A DNA stretch of 64,000 bases from an uncultured Pseudomonadales bacterium (GTDB taxonomy: Bacteria; Pseudomonadota; Gammaproteobacteria; Pseudomonadales; Azotimanducaceae), in contig CAZXIJ010000013.1 in assembly GCA_964640725.1 (NCBI GenBank), forward strand, positions 6,858-70,857, given 5' to 3'. Position 1 is the first letter of the stretch. Each line of letters opens with the position of its first letter. A program made the translations under genes and the position numbers. Of the stretch, positions 38,235 to 47,169 are shown piece after piece. The notes under the pieces were generated by a model. That model was not told the DNA's origin, did no database searches, and saw only the letters and a program-made list of their open reading frames with translations.

Positions 38235-38929
38235 CACCCAGGGATAGCACCCCGGCGCTGCTGAACGCTGTTCGCAGCGCGCCCGCCCTGCTCTTCGACT
38301 TTGACGGGACTCTGGCGCCGAACCTGGACCTGGCTGGCATGAAAGCGCAGGTCATCGCCCTGACCCGGTGCTGGAAAGTTCCAGACGCCGAGTTTGCCGG
38401 CGCCCACATCGTCGAGATCACGGAGCTGGCAGCCGCATGGCTGACACAACATGAAGGTGCAGCGCCCGCCGGGCTTTATGCCCGGGAGGCCGCCACGCTG
38501 ATCCGCGATTTCGAGCTGGATGCCGCCGCCGATACGGACCCATTCCCGACCGCGCCGCCGCTGCTCATGCAGTGGCGCAAGCTGGGGCGCGCCAGCGCTG
38601 TCGTCACCCGCAACTGCCGGGCCGCGGTGCTGGCCACATACCCGCAGCTGAATCTGCACACCGACGCGCTGCTGGCGCGCGATGACGTGCCGCACCTGAA
38701 ACCGGATCCGCGGCATCTGCGCCTCGCCATCCGCCAGCTCGACGTCGAGGCTGGGCCCAGCATCATGGTCGGTGACGGCGCCATGGACATGCAGATCGGG
38801 CGGGCTCTGGGTATGTACTGCCTGGGCGTGGAAAGTGGCAGCAACACGGCGCAGGCTCTGCAGGGCGCCGGCGCGCACTGGGTGGCCGAACACATCGGCG
38901 CCCTGCTTGAACTGGTCCATGAGCTATGA
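38231..38929 (+). CDS. HAD-superfamily phosphatase (phosphoglycolate-phosphatase-like)
   Basis: HAD motifs I LLFDFDGTL, II VVTRN, III KPDP and IV GDGAMD. The GTG start overlaps the aceK stop (GTGA). Confidence 0.8.
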   Translation: MTPRDSTPALLNAVRSAPALLFDFDGTLAPNLDLAGMKAQVIALTRCWKVPDAEFAGAHIVEITELAAAWLTQHEGAAPAGLYAREAATLIRDFELDAAADTDPFPTAPPLLMQWRKLGRASAVVTRNCRAAVLATYPQLNLHTDALLARDDVPHLKPDPRHLRLAIRQLDVEAGPSIMVGDGAMDMQIGRALGMYCLGVESGSNTAQALQGAGAHWVAEHIGALLELVHEL

Positions 38930-39900
38930 TGCAGCGTCGCCCTCGCTGGACCTGCCTCATGCTTCGATCGTCCGCCAAAACAGCTGCTATGACCTTGGGC
39001 ATCAGCCTTGCGCTCTGCCTGGGACTGGCGACCGGGTGTGCGGCACCGGGCGCCACAACACCGGCCGTCGAGCCGGTCCGGGAACCCTCTCCGGGCCCGG
39101 CGCTGTGGTCCATGGCTGACGACGACAGCACCATCTACCTGTTTGGCACCGTCCATCTGCTGCGTCCCGATACCCAGTGGCTCACGCCGCCGGTCGAGGT
39201 CGCCTGGCAGGAAGCGCAAACGGTCTACATGGAGGCGGACACCGACTCGGCAGAGGTGCAGGCGGAACTCGCGGGACTGATGCAACGCCTGGGCGTCTAC
39301 AGCGATGGCACGACCCTGCTCAGCCGGCTGGACCCTGCACAGACCGCCACGGTGAAAGCTGCGAGCGATGCGCTGCAGGTTCCGCTGGCCGCTTTGGCGC
39401 CCCTCAAACCCTGGCTCGCTGGCTTACAGCTGAGCGTGATGCAGCTCGTGAAAGCCGGCTACGATCCGGCTTCCGGCGTCGAGACCGTGCTGAACCGGGA
39501 CCCGCTGATTGCCGACAAGCGTCGCCGGTACTTCGAGACCGCGGCCCAGCAGATCGAGTTTTTCGAGACGCTGACCGAAGCTGATCAGGTGGCAATGCTG
39601 GTTGCCGGCGCGCGCGCCGTGATCGAAGAGCCGGACGCCCTGGACGCGCTGGTCGAGGCCTGGAGCGCCGGCGACGTCAAGGAACTGGCGCGCCTCATGT
39701 CCAGCGTCGACGCGTTCGGCAGCGAAGCGGTCTACGAATTGCTGCTGACAGATCGTAACCGCGCCTGGCTGCCAAAGATTGAAGCACTGCTGGACGAGCC
39801 CGGCGTTCACCTGATCGCTGTCGGCGCCGGACATCTGGCGGGCGAGGACAGCGTGGTTGCCCTGCTGCGGGCCCGGGGCTACCGGGTCCAGCGTCGCTAG
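38926..39900 (+). CDS. TraB/GumN family lipoprotein
   Basis: Lipobox GLATGC. Family motifs IYLFGTVHLL and IAVGAGHLAGEDSVVALL. The ATG overlaps the HAD stop (ATGA). Confidence 0.82.
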   Translation: MMQRRPRWTCLMLRSSAKTAAMTLGISLALCLGLATGCAAPGATTPAVEPVREPSPGPALWSMADDDSTIYLFGTVHLLRPDTQWLTPPVEVAWQEAQTVYMEADTDSAEVQAELAGLMQRLGVYSDGTTLLSRLDPAQTATVKAASDALQVPLAALAPLKPWLAGLQLSVMQLVKAGYDPASGVETVLNRDPLIADKRRRYFETAAQQIEFFETLTEADQVAMLVAGARAVIEEPDALDALVEAWSAGDVKELARLMSSVDAFGSEAVYELLLTDRNRAWLPKIEALLDEPGVHLIAVGAGHLAGEDSVVALLRARGYRVQRR

Positions 39901-39918
39901 CGGCCGCGCTCAGTCGCG

Positions 39919-40632
39919 CTAATCGATCGGCGGCAGCTTGCCGCAGCGTTTCTCGTAGCCTTCGGCCATCTTGTCAGTGCGCCGGGCCAGCTCTTCCGGG
40001 GACAGGTACACGCGTTCGCCGTCCTTGCCGACCTCGTAGCTGCGAAAGCCGCCCCGCCGGTTGTCCCGAATCTCGTTGAACAGATCCCGGCAATTGTTCT
40101 GATGCTGCTCGTTCTTCGCCTGGGCTGCCGCCGCGGCGCGGGCTTCCTCGTCAGAGCGCCGGTTGCGATCATCGAAGTACTCGAGCATGCGCGCCTGCTC
40201 ACGCTGCCGCGCCTCATGCTCCGCGCGGCTGGCAGCCGTCGGCTTCGACACGTCAACGGACACCGCTTCGGCGCCCGGCACGTGCTGATCGCTGAACCGG
40301 ACATTGCCCTGCGCATCCTTGTAGCGGTAAAGAGTGCCCGCGGGCGAAGTGCCCGCGGGCGAGTCGCCGGGCCGGGCCGCACCAGCCGCGGACGGCGCTG
40401 AAGCAGATCTGCCAGCCCGAGGCGGCCGCCCGGGCTGCTGTTCGAGCCAGCGCTGCCGGTTACGCTCGTTCAGCGCTTCGAGCCGCGCCCGGGTTTCCGG
40501 GTCAGCCTTGCTCAGTACCGCTTCGGAAAACAGCGGCTTGTAGCCTTGACCGTCAGCGGCCCAGAGCGCGCCAGCGGCCGTGAGCAGCGCCGCCGCACAA
40601 AGCCAGGTCACCGGACGCAAGCTGCGAGTCAC
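39919..40632 (-). CDS. DUF4124 domain protein (secreted)
   Basis: Signal-like WLCAAALLTAAGALWA. The DUF4124-like core is LYRYKDAQGNVRFSD, followed by a charged helical C-terminus. GTG at 40632 overlaps the upstream stop (GTGA). Confidence 0.7.
   Translation of the reverse strand: MTRSLRPVTWLCAAALLTAAGALWAADGQGYKPLFSEAVLSKADPETRARLEALNERNRQRWLEQQPGRPPRAGRSASAPSAAGAARPGDSPAGTSPAGTLYRYKDAQGNVRFSDQHVPGAEAVSVDVSKPTAASRAEHEARQREQARMLEYFDDRNRRSDEEARAAAAAQAKNEQHQNNCRDLFNEIRDNRRGGFRSYEVGKDGERVYLSPEELARRTDKMAEGYEKRCGKLPPID
40333..40362. repeat. perfect 15-bp tandem duplication inside the DUF4124 gene
   Basis: AGTGCCCGCGGGCGA occurs twice back to back (40333-40347 and 40348-40362). It is in frame and encodes SPAGT-SPAGT on the minus strand. 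Confidence 0.9.
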
Positions 40633-40997
40633 GCGCTCGGCGCCGGGGCGTTCATGTAGTCCCGGTAGTAGGTCAGCTGCCCGTTGCGCACTTTGTAAAG
40701 ACCGCACCCCTCAATGTCGCCGGCCGGCGTGTGCGCCACCCACTGCGCCCACACGACACCTTCGTCGTCGCCAGTGCCGCCTTCGCCTTCGAGCGCGTCA
40801 AGGGTGAACGAGGTTTTGCGGTCGCCCATTTCCTTGACCATCATGCTCATAAACCCGCCGATGGCTTCTCGCCCCTCGAAGGTGCCATACACCGGGTCAA
40901 CCAACAGCGCATCTTCGGCAAATAGCGACACCACTTGCGTGTAGTCACCGGAGTCCTGGCGGCGCCAGAATTCCGCAATTGTTTCCTTCGCATTCAT
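40629..40997 (-). CDS. SnoaL-like / NTF2-family protein
   Basis: ATG at 40997 is preceded by GAGGAG. TIAEFWRRQDSGDY...LFAEDALLVDPVYGTFEGREAIGGF is typical of the NTF2-like fold. 122 aa. Confidence 0.75.
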   Translation of the reverse strand: MNAKETIAEFWRRQDSGDYTQVVSLFAEDALLVDPVYGTFEGREAIGGFMSMMVKEMGDRKTSFTLDALEGEGGTGDDEGVVWAQWVAHTPAGDIEGCGLYKVRNGQLTYYRDYMNAPAPSA

Positions 40998-41135
40998 GAC
41001 AGTCTCCTCGGTCAGTGACCGCAACGCCCGGTTGCCAGCCATCATACTAGACGCCGCCGTGGCGTCCGGCGAGCAGGGAGACAAAACCCCGGGCCGATGG
41101 CACCATGACCAGTAACTGCTCGCCAAGGCGCCGCG

Positions 41136-41432
41136 ATGACCCAGCAACCCATGCTCGCCCGGAACGAGATCGATCCGCTGCTGGACCAGTTGATCCGCCA
41201 GCTCGATGATGAGGGCCGGGCCACCCAGCGTGCCTGGTTCGCGCGCATTCGCCGCTCCCTGCAACACGCCCAGGACGAGGTGATGCTGGCCCAGCCGATC
41301 ATCGCGCTTTCCACCAGCGGCGCCTACGGGATTCAGCTGTCCCAGGAAGCCCAGCCGCTGCACACGCGCATTGTCGAAAAGGCGGCCCTGGTGGTGAGCG
41401 CGCTCGACACGCCGCCGGTCGTGCGGCACTGA
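41136..41432 (+). CDS. hypothetical 98-aa protein
   Basis: An ATG ORF ending 2 nt before the MOSC gene start. No family recognised. Confidence 0.45.
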   Translation: MTQQPMLARNEIDPLLDQLIRQLDDEGRATQRAWFARIRRSLQHAQDEVMLAQPIIALSTSGAYGIQLSQEAQPLHTRIVEKAALVVSALDTPPVVRH

Positions 41433-41434
41433 CC

Positions 41435-42298
41435 ATGCCAGTCGCAACTGTAAAGAGCCTGTTCCGCTACCCCATCAAGAGCATGGGCGGCGAGACGCTG
41501 GCGCAGGCCCGCTTTGATACGCTCGGGATTCCCGGCGATCGCGGCTGGGCGCTGCGCGACGAGACCCGCGGCGGCATTCGCGGCGGCAAACGCTTTCCCG
41601 GGCTCATGGGCCTGCAGGCAGAGTATCTGGAGGATCCGGACACCGACGCGCGGTCGCCGCTCGCACGCATCCTGTTCCCGGACGGGGCGAGCGCGCGCAC
41701 GGACGATCCTGAGATCAACGATCGCCTGAGCACGCACCTGCAGAACCCGGTCACCCTGTGGCCGCTGCTGCCCGCCGACGCGCTCGATCACTACCGGCGC
41801 GGCGCTCCGGAGAACAGCGACATGGAGGCCGAGCTGCGGCAGGCCTTCGGCCGCACGGCCGATGAGCCGCTGCCGGACCTGAGCCAGTTCCCCGCCGAGC
41901 TGTTCGAGTACGAATCGCCCCCGGGCACCTACTTCGATGCTTTTCCCGTCCTGCTCATGACCGCGGCCAGCCTGGCCACCATGAGCGCCGCAGCGCCGGA
42001 GCAGCGCTTCGATGTCCGCCGGTTCCGTCCGAACCTGCTGCTCGAAACCGCGACCGACGACGCCGAATTTCCCGAGGACACCTGGGCCGGCAAGCAGCTG
42101 CAGATCGGCGACGCCGTGTTCGCGCTGCAAATGCGCTGCCCGCGCTGTGTCATGACGACCCACGGCTTTGGCGACCTGCCGAAGGACCCGGGCATCATGC
42201 GGGCCCTGGTGCGCGCGCACGGCGGTGACCTGGGCGTTTACGCGCAGGTCGTCAAGCCTGGCATCGTTCGTGCCGGCGATACCGCCGCCCTGCTCTGA
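41435..42298 (+). CDS. MOSC domain-containing protein
   Basis: N-terminal beta-barrel LFRYPIKSMGGE...GIPGDRGWALRD and the C-terminal MOSC domain with RCPRCVMTT. 287 aa. Confidence 0.85.
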   Translation: MPVATVKSLFRYPIKSMGGETLAQARFDTLGIPGDRGWALRDETRGGIRGGKRFPGLMGLQAEYLEDPDTDARSPLARILFPDGASARTDDPEINDRLSTHLQNPVTLWPLLPADALDHYRRGAPENSDMEAELRQAFGRTADEPLPDLSQFPAELFEYESPPGTYFDAFPVLLMTAASLATMSAAAPEQRFDVRRFRPNLLLETATDDAEFPEDTWAGKQLQIGDAVFALQMRCPRCVMTTHGFGDLPKDPGIMRALVRAHGGDLGVYAQVVKPGIVRAGDTAALL

Positions 42299-42321
42299 CC
42301 CAACCGAAGACGACAAGACCC

Positions 42322-44244
42322 ATGGCCATCGACTACCAACAGCTCGGCTATCTGCGCGTTGCTGCCATCAGCCCTGAGCTGCGCATCGGCAACCCTGCCG
42401 CGAACGCCGCTGCCCACCGGGAAGCCCTCAGTGCCGCAAGGCAGGAGCAGGTCGCGATCGCGCTGTTCCCGGAGCTGTCGCTTACGGGCTACAGCGCCGA
42501 GGACCTGTTTTTCGCCAACACGCTCCACGCGCAGGTCGAAGAAGCTCTGGCAGCCCTGCTGCCGGCGACCCGCGGCATGGTTGCGATCGTCGGCGCCCCC
42601 TGGCGCTCTGGCGACGGACGTCTCCTGAACGTTGCAGTGGTACTGGCGAACGGCACCGTCGCCGGCATGGTGCCGAAGCGCGCGATCCCCAACTACGGCG
42701 AATTTTACGAGCGGCGCTGGTTCGCCAGCGGTGCCGACGTGAACGAAGCTGTCGACAGCGACCTGGGACAGTTCCAGATCGATCCCTGCCAGCTCTTCGA
42801 GGTGGCTGGAACGCGCTTTGCCGTCGAAGTGTGCGAAGACCTGTGGGCCGTAGACAACCCGGGCGCGGCCGACGCGCTGGCCGGCGCAGCGTTGTTTTTC
42901 AACCTGTCTGCGAGCAACGAACTGGTCGCCAAGGCCGAGTACCGCCGCGATCTGGTCCGCATGACCAGCGCGCAGCGCCTGTGCGGCTATCTCTACGCCA
43001 GCAGCGGCCCGCGGGAATCCACCAAAGACGTGGTGTTCGGTGGCCACTGCATCGCCGCCGAAAACGGCCAGCTGATCGAGGAAAGCCCGCGCTTCGAGCT
43101 GGCGGGCACACGCATCATTACCGAGTTCGATCTGCACAAGCTGGAACACGACCGGCTCCACAACAACACCTTCGTCAACGCCCCGCGGCCGTCCGCCTAC
43201 CGGGTGGTGCGAACGGGCGTGACCCCAGAGCCGATTGCCGGCATACGCCGGCACTACCCGCGCCACCCTTTCGTGCCGGTCAACGATCAGGCCCGGGCCG
43301 ACAACGCCGCAGAAATCCTGAACATCCAGGCAACCGGTCTCGCCCGGCGACTGCTGGCGGCGCGTACCGAGCGCTGCGTCATCGGCCTGTCCGGCGGTCT
43401 CGACTCCACCCTTGCGCTGCTGGTATGCATCGACGCGCTGGACAAGCTCGGCCTGCCCCACGACAACATCCGCGCGCTGACGCTGCCCGGTCCGGGCACC
43501 TCGCCCCACACCAAACGCAGCGCCCGGATCCTGGCCAAAACCGCCGGCGCGACGCTGAAGGAGATCAACATCCGGGCAGCCGTGCGTCAGCACCTGAAGG
43601 ACCTGGACCACGACGGCGAAGAGGACGTGGTGTTCGAGAACGCCCAGGCCCGGGAGCGCACGCAGCTGCTGTTCAATCACGCCAACCAGGTCGGCGGCAT
43701 CGTGGTCGGCACGGGCGACCTGTCGGAGCTGGCCCTGGGCTGGTGCACCTACAACGCCGACCACATGGCCAGCTACAACGTGAACGCAAGCGTCCCCAAG
43801 ACCCTCGTGACCTCGATCGTGCAGTGGTATGCCGACACCCGCGCTGACAAGGCGCTCGCCCGGGTGCTCGGGACCGTGCTGGCAACGCCCATCACCCCGG
43901 AGCTGCTGTCGCACAAGGACGGCGAGACCGCCCAGCCCACGGAATCGATCATCGGCCCCTACGAGCTGCACGACTTCTTTCTTTTTCACTGGCTCCGGCA
44001 CGGCGCGACGCCGGAGAAAATCTTCGCCCTTGCCCGGCTGGCCTTCGGCGACAGCTACGACGCCGAAACCATCCGCCGCTGGCTGCGGCTGTTCTTCAGC
44101 CGCTTCTTCAGCCAGCAGTTCAAGCGCACCACCCTGCCGCCGGGACCCAAGGTGGGCAGCGTCAGCCTGTCGCCCCGGGGCGACTGGCGCATGCCTGACG
44201 AGGCGGACAGCGAAGAGGTGCTGCGCCGCATCGACGCGCTCTGA
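42322..44244 (+). CDS. nadE: glutamine-dependent NAD+ synthetase (long form)
   Basis: The N-terminal CN-hydrolase domain has FPELSLTGY and VCEDLW. The C-terminal synthetase has the PP-loop GLSGGLDSTL. 640 aa. Confidence 0.93.
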   Translation: MAIDYQQLGYLRVAAISPELRIGNPAANAAAHREALSAARQEQVAIALFPELSLTGYSAEDLFFANTLHAQVEEALAALLPATRGMVAIVGAPWRSGDGRLLNVAVVLANGTVAGMVPKRAIPNYGEFYERRWFASGADVNEAVDSDLGQFQIDPCQLFEVAGTRFAVEVCEDLWAVDNPGAADALAGAALFFNLSASNELVAKAEYRRDLVRMTSAQRLCGYLYASSGPRESTKDVVFGGHCIAAENGQLIEESPRFELAGTRIITEFDLHKLEHDRLHNNTFVNAPRPSAYRVVRTGVTPEPIAGIRRHYPRHPFVPVNDQARADNAAEILNIQATGLARRLLAARTERCVIGLSGGLDSTLALLVCIDALDKLGLPHDNIRALTLPGPGTSPHTKRSARILAKTAGATLKEINIRAAVRQHLKDLDHDGEEDVVFENAQARERTQLLFNHANQVGGIVVGTGDLSELALGWCTYNADHMASYNVNASVPKTLVTSIVQWYADTRADKALARVLGTVLATPITPELLSHKDGETAQPTESIIGPYELHDFFLFHWLRHGATPEKIFALARLAFGDSYDAETIRRWLRLFFSRFFSQQFKRTTLPPGPKVGSVSLSPRGDWRMPDEADSEEVLRRIDAL

Positions 44245-44252
44245 GCGGCAGG

Positions 44253-44266
44253 GCTCGGGCCCGAGC
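44253..44266. terminator. perfect 14-bp palindrome between convergent nadE and the MFS gene
   Basis: GCTCGGGCCCGAGC sits in the 21-bp gap and touches the MFS stop codon. It could form a hairpin on either strand. No U-tract. Confidence 0.3.
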
Positions 44267-45453
44267 TACCGTCCTGCGGACGAGCCCGGTGCGCTGGCCG
44301 GAAGCGCCAGCAGCAGCGCGACTGATGCCCAGAGGATGGCACTCGCCACCAGCGACAGGGGCAGCAACCCCTGCTCGATGACGGTCGCAACGGCGGCCGT
44401 ACCGCCCGCCGCAACCAGCATCACGAACAAGATCATGAGCGCCGCACCGCGGGCATCGTTGCTGCCGGCCGCGACCAGCGCCTTGTAGAACCCGACCGGG
44501 CCGCGGATGCCGAGCCCCAGGTTAATCATCAGGAAGCACGCCCACAGCAGCGGGATGGACGTGTCCGCCACCAGGGCAACGCCGATCAGGCCCAGGCTGC
44601 CCGCGGCGGACAGCACAGAGCCATACAAAATGGTGTTTTCGTCGCCCCACCAGCGCGCGAACACGCCGGTGGTATTGGCCGCGATCACGTACAGGGTAAT
44701 GCCCATGACCTGCATGGTGACAAAGTCAGCCAGGGAACCGCCCATGCTGGAGGCAATGATTTTGGGTGCCGAGAAGACAATCGCCAGCAGCCCGCCCAGG
44801 TTGCAGGCCTGGCTCAGGGCGTAACGGAGAAAGGTCGAATTGCGCAACAGGGACCCGTAGCCGCCGACCGCCTGCGGCAGCCTGCCGAACTGCTCGCGCA
44901 AAGACGGCGCGCTCAGCCAGCCGAGCGCCATGGCCAGCGCGATCAGCGCGACCAGGTAAAACGACGAGCGCCAGCCATACAGGCTCAACAGCAGGGCCCC
45001 AATCACCGGCGCGATCGCCGGCGCCATGGACTCGATGCTGCCGATCCGGCCAATCATGGCGACCGCCCGGGTCTCGTCGTAGAGGCTCTTCACCATGACC
45101 GGCGCATAGACGGCCGGCGCTGACGCCGACAGGCCCTGAAAGAACCGCAATACTGACATCTGCACCAGCGTCTCGGCAAAGGTGGCCAGCACCGACAGCA
45201 CGGCAAAGGCGAACAGCGAGCCGATGAGCAGATCGACAATGCGGAACCGCGCGCCCAGCTCGCCGAAAATCAGCAGGCCCGCGCCGGTGCCCAAAGAGAA
45301 CGCGGCCAGCACCCATTGCGCCGCCTGCGCGGTGCCGCTAACGACGCTCGGCAGCATCGGCACTGCGGGCAGCACCAGATCCGTCGCCGCCAGCGCGCAG
45401 ACGGTGCCGATGGTAATCAGCACCATGGCCAGGGCAGAGCGTTCGGCGTTCAT
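44266..45453 (-). CDS. MFS transporter (Bcr/CflA-like drug resistance subfamily)
   Basis: 12-TM profile and an MFS loop-2/3-like motif (GELGARFR). 395 aa. Confidence 0.8.
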   Translation of the reverse strand: MNAERSALAMVLITIGTVCALAATDLVLPAVPMLPSVVSGTAQAAQWVLAAFSLGTGAGLLIFGELGARFRIVDLLIGSLFAFAVLSVLATFAETLVQMSVLRFFQGLSASAPAVYAPVMVKSLYDETRAVAMIGRIGSIESMAPAIAPVIGALLLSLYGWRSSFYLVALIALAMALGWLSAPSLREQFGRLPQAVGGYGSLLRNSTFLRYALSQACNLGGLLAIVFSAPKIIASSMGGSLADFVTMQVMGITLYVIAANTTGVFARWWGDENTILYGSVLSAAGSLGLIGVALVADTSIPLLWACFLMINLGLGIRGPVGFYKALVAAGSNDARGAALMILFVMLVAAGGTAAVATVIEQGLLPLSLVASAILWASVALLLALPASAPGSSAGR

Positions 45454-45601
45454 GGGCTGCGCCCTGAAAAATGGAGCGCCAGTCTAGGGAAGACGTCACG
45501 GCTGCTCAACGTATCCTGGCGCGCCGGCACCAACTGCCTTCTGCGCGGTCACACAGGTATGCTTGCGGCTCGTCTGCCGCGCCGCCGAAACCGGAGTCTT
45601 C

Positions 45602-46546
45602 ATGCACCGCCTGACGCCCATTTACCGCATGCTGCTGGCGCTCGCGCTGTCCGCCGCAACCTCTTTTGCCCACGCCTTCGAGGTGCGCAACTACTGTGGC
45701 GACGAGGGGGTCTGGGTGCATATCCTGGGCGGCGGCGGCCCGGAGCTGACCGACGATCAGGCAGCGGCCAGCTACCTGATCTGGCAGGACGGCAAGGCCC
45801 GGGTGCTGATCGATCCGGCGCCGGGCTCGTCGCTGCTGTTCGACAAAACCGAGGCGCGCTTCGAAGACCTGGAGCTGGTGCTGTTCACGCACCTGCACGT
45901 CGACCATGTGGGCGACTTCCCGGCGTACATCAAGGGCTCTTACTTTACCGAGCGGACCGAGCCGCTACGCGTTTTCGGGCCCACCGGCGCCGCGCCGTAC
46001 CCGGATACCGAGACCTTTGTGCAACGCCTGATCGGCCCGGAAGGCGCCTTCGCTTACCTGTCAGAGTTTCTGGTCAACAAACCCAAGAGCCAGGGCGGAT
46101 ACAAGGTGATCGCGCAAAACATCGCCGCCACCGGGCGCCGGGAATGGTCCGGATACGGGACCGAACGCATGGAGCTCCGAGCGGTACCGGTGAACCACGG
46201 CCCCGTGCCGGCCCTCGCCTACCGCATCGATATTGGTGGCCACAGCATCGTCTTCACCGGCGACTTCAACAACGAAAAGAACATGGTGCCGGCCCTGGCC
46301 AAAGAGGTCGACGCCCTGATCATTCACCACGCTGTGCCCGAGAACACCCGCGGCCCGGCGCGCAATCTGCACGTGGTGCCGTCGCAGATCGGCCGCATTG
46401 CCGAGCAGGCTGACCCCCGCATGGTCATCCTGGGGCATCGCATGAACCGCACCCGCGGCGTCGAGAGCCTGTCCCGGCAGAAAATCGAGGCGAGCTACGA
46501 CGGCAGCCTGATCTTTGCCAACGACATGGAGTGCTGGGGCCTCTAA
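45602..46546 (+). CDS. secreted MBL-fold metallo-hydrolase
   Basis: Signal peptide MHRLTPIYRMLLALALSAATSFAHA and the metal motif THLHVDHVGD. ATG at 45602. Confidence 0.82.
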   Translation: MHRLTPIYRMLLALALSAATSFAHAFEVRNYCGDEGVWVHILGGGGPELTDDQAAASYLIWQDGKARVLIDPAPGSSLLFDKTEARFEDLELVLFTHLHVDHVGDFPAYIKGSYFTERTEPLRVFGPTGAAPYPDTETFVQRLIGPEGAFAYLSEFLVNKPKSQGGYKVIAQNIAATGRREWSGYGTERMELRAVPVNHGPVPALAYRIDIGGHSIVFTGDFNNEKNMVPALAKEVDALIIHHAVPENTRGPARNLHVVPSQIGRIAEQADPRMVILGHRMNRTRGVESLSRQKIEASYDGSLIFANDMECWGL

Positions 46547-47139
46547 TGACCCCGGAGGCGGTGCTGCAATTCTGGTTCGGCACGCTCGATGCACAGGGAC
46601 TGGCGGACGATGCTCACCGGCAGCGCTGGTTTCTGCGCAGCGACGAGTTCGATGCGCAGATCAGGTCACAGTTCGAGCCATGGCTTGAAGCTGCCGCGCA
46701 CGGCAGGCTCGATTCCTGGCTGCAGGAGCCCCGGCAGTGGCTCGCCTACCTGATCCTGTGCGATCAGTTTCCTCGCAACCTGTATCGCGGCAGCGCCCGG
46801 GCATTCGCCTGGGACGAGCAGGCCCGCGCCGCGGCTCGTCAGGGCATCAGCCGGCGGTGGCACCTGCAGCTCGGCATCGACGAGCAGGCCTTCGCCTACC
46901 TGCCCTTTGAGCACTCAGAGCAGCTGACAGACCAGTACCTCGCGTGCGGTCTGTGCCTGTCCCTGCGGGACAACAGCCCGAAGGCCCTGCGCGAAGCCAC
47001 CGGCACCTACCTGCGCCACGCTCAGCAGCACCGCGACACCATCCTGCGCTTTGGCCGCTTTCCCTACCGCAACCTCGCCCTGGGCCGGGACTCGACGAGC
47101 GCGGAGCTGGCGTTCCTGGAATCCGCCGCGCATTCGTGA
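46546..47139 (+). CDS. DUF924 family protein
   Basis: VLQFWFG...RWF...DQFPRNLYRG...AFA.D is the DUF924 signature. The ATG shares one nucleotide with the MBL stop (TAATG). Confidence 0.82.
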   Translation: MTPEAVLQFWFGTLDAQGLADDAHRQRWFLRSDEFDAQIRSQFEPWLEAAAHGRLDSWLQEPRQWLAYLILCDQFPRNLYRGSARAFAWDEQARAAARQGISRRWHLQLGIDEQAFAYLPFEHSEQLTDQYLACGLCLSLRDNSPKALREATGTYLRHAQQHRDTILRFGRFPYRNLALGRDSTSAELAFLESAAHS

Positions 47140-47169
47140 TGCGCGCGGCGCATTCCTGAATCCGCAGGG

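Noticed and set aside
42238-44001. 587-aa minus-strand ORF opposite nadE
   Set aside because: nadE on the plus strand has CN-hydrolase and PP-loop motifs. The antisense product has no motifs and a skewed composition.
47127-47159. Near-direct repeat GCGCATTCGTGA / GCGCATTCCTGA at the end of the DUF924 gene
   Set aside because: It is a 12-nt imperfect duplication of the stop region with no structure or coding consequence that I can support. It is probably a trivial local duplication.
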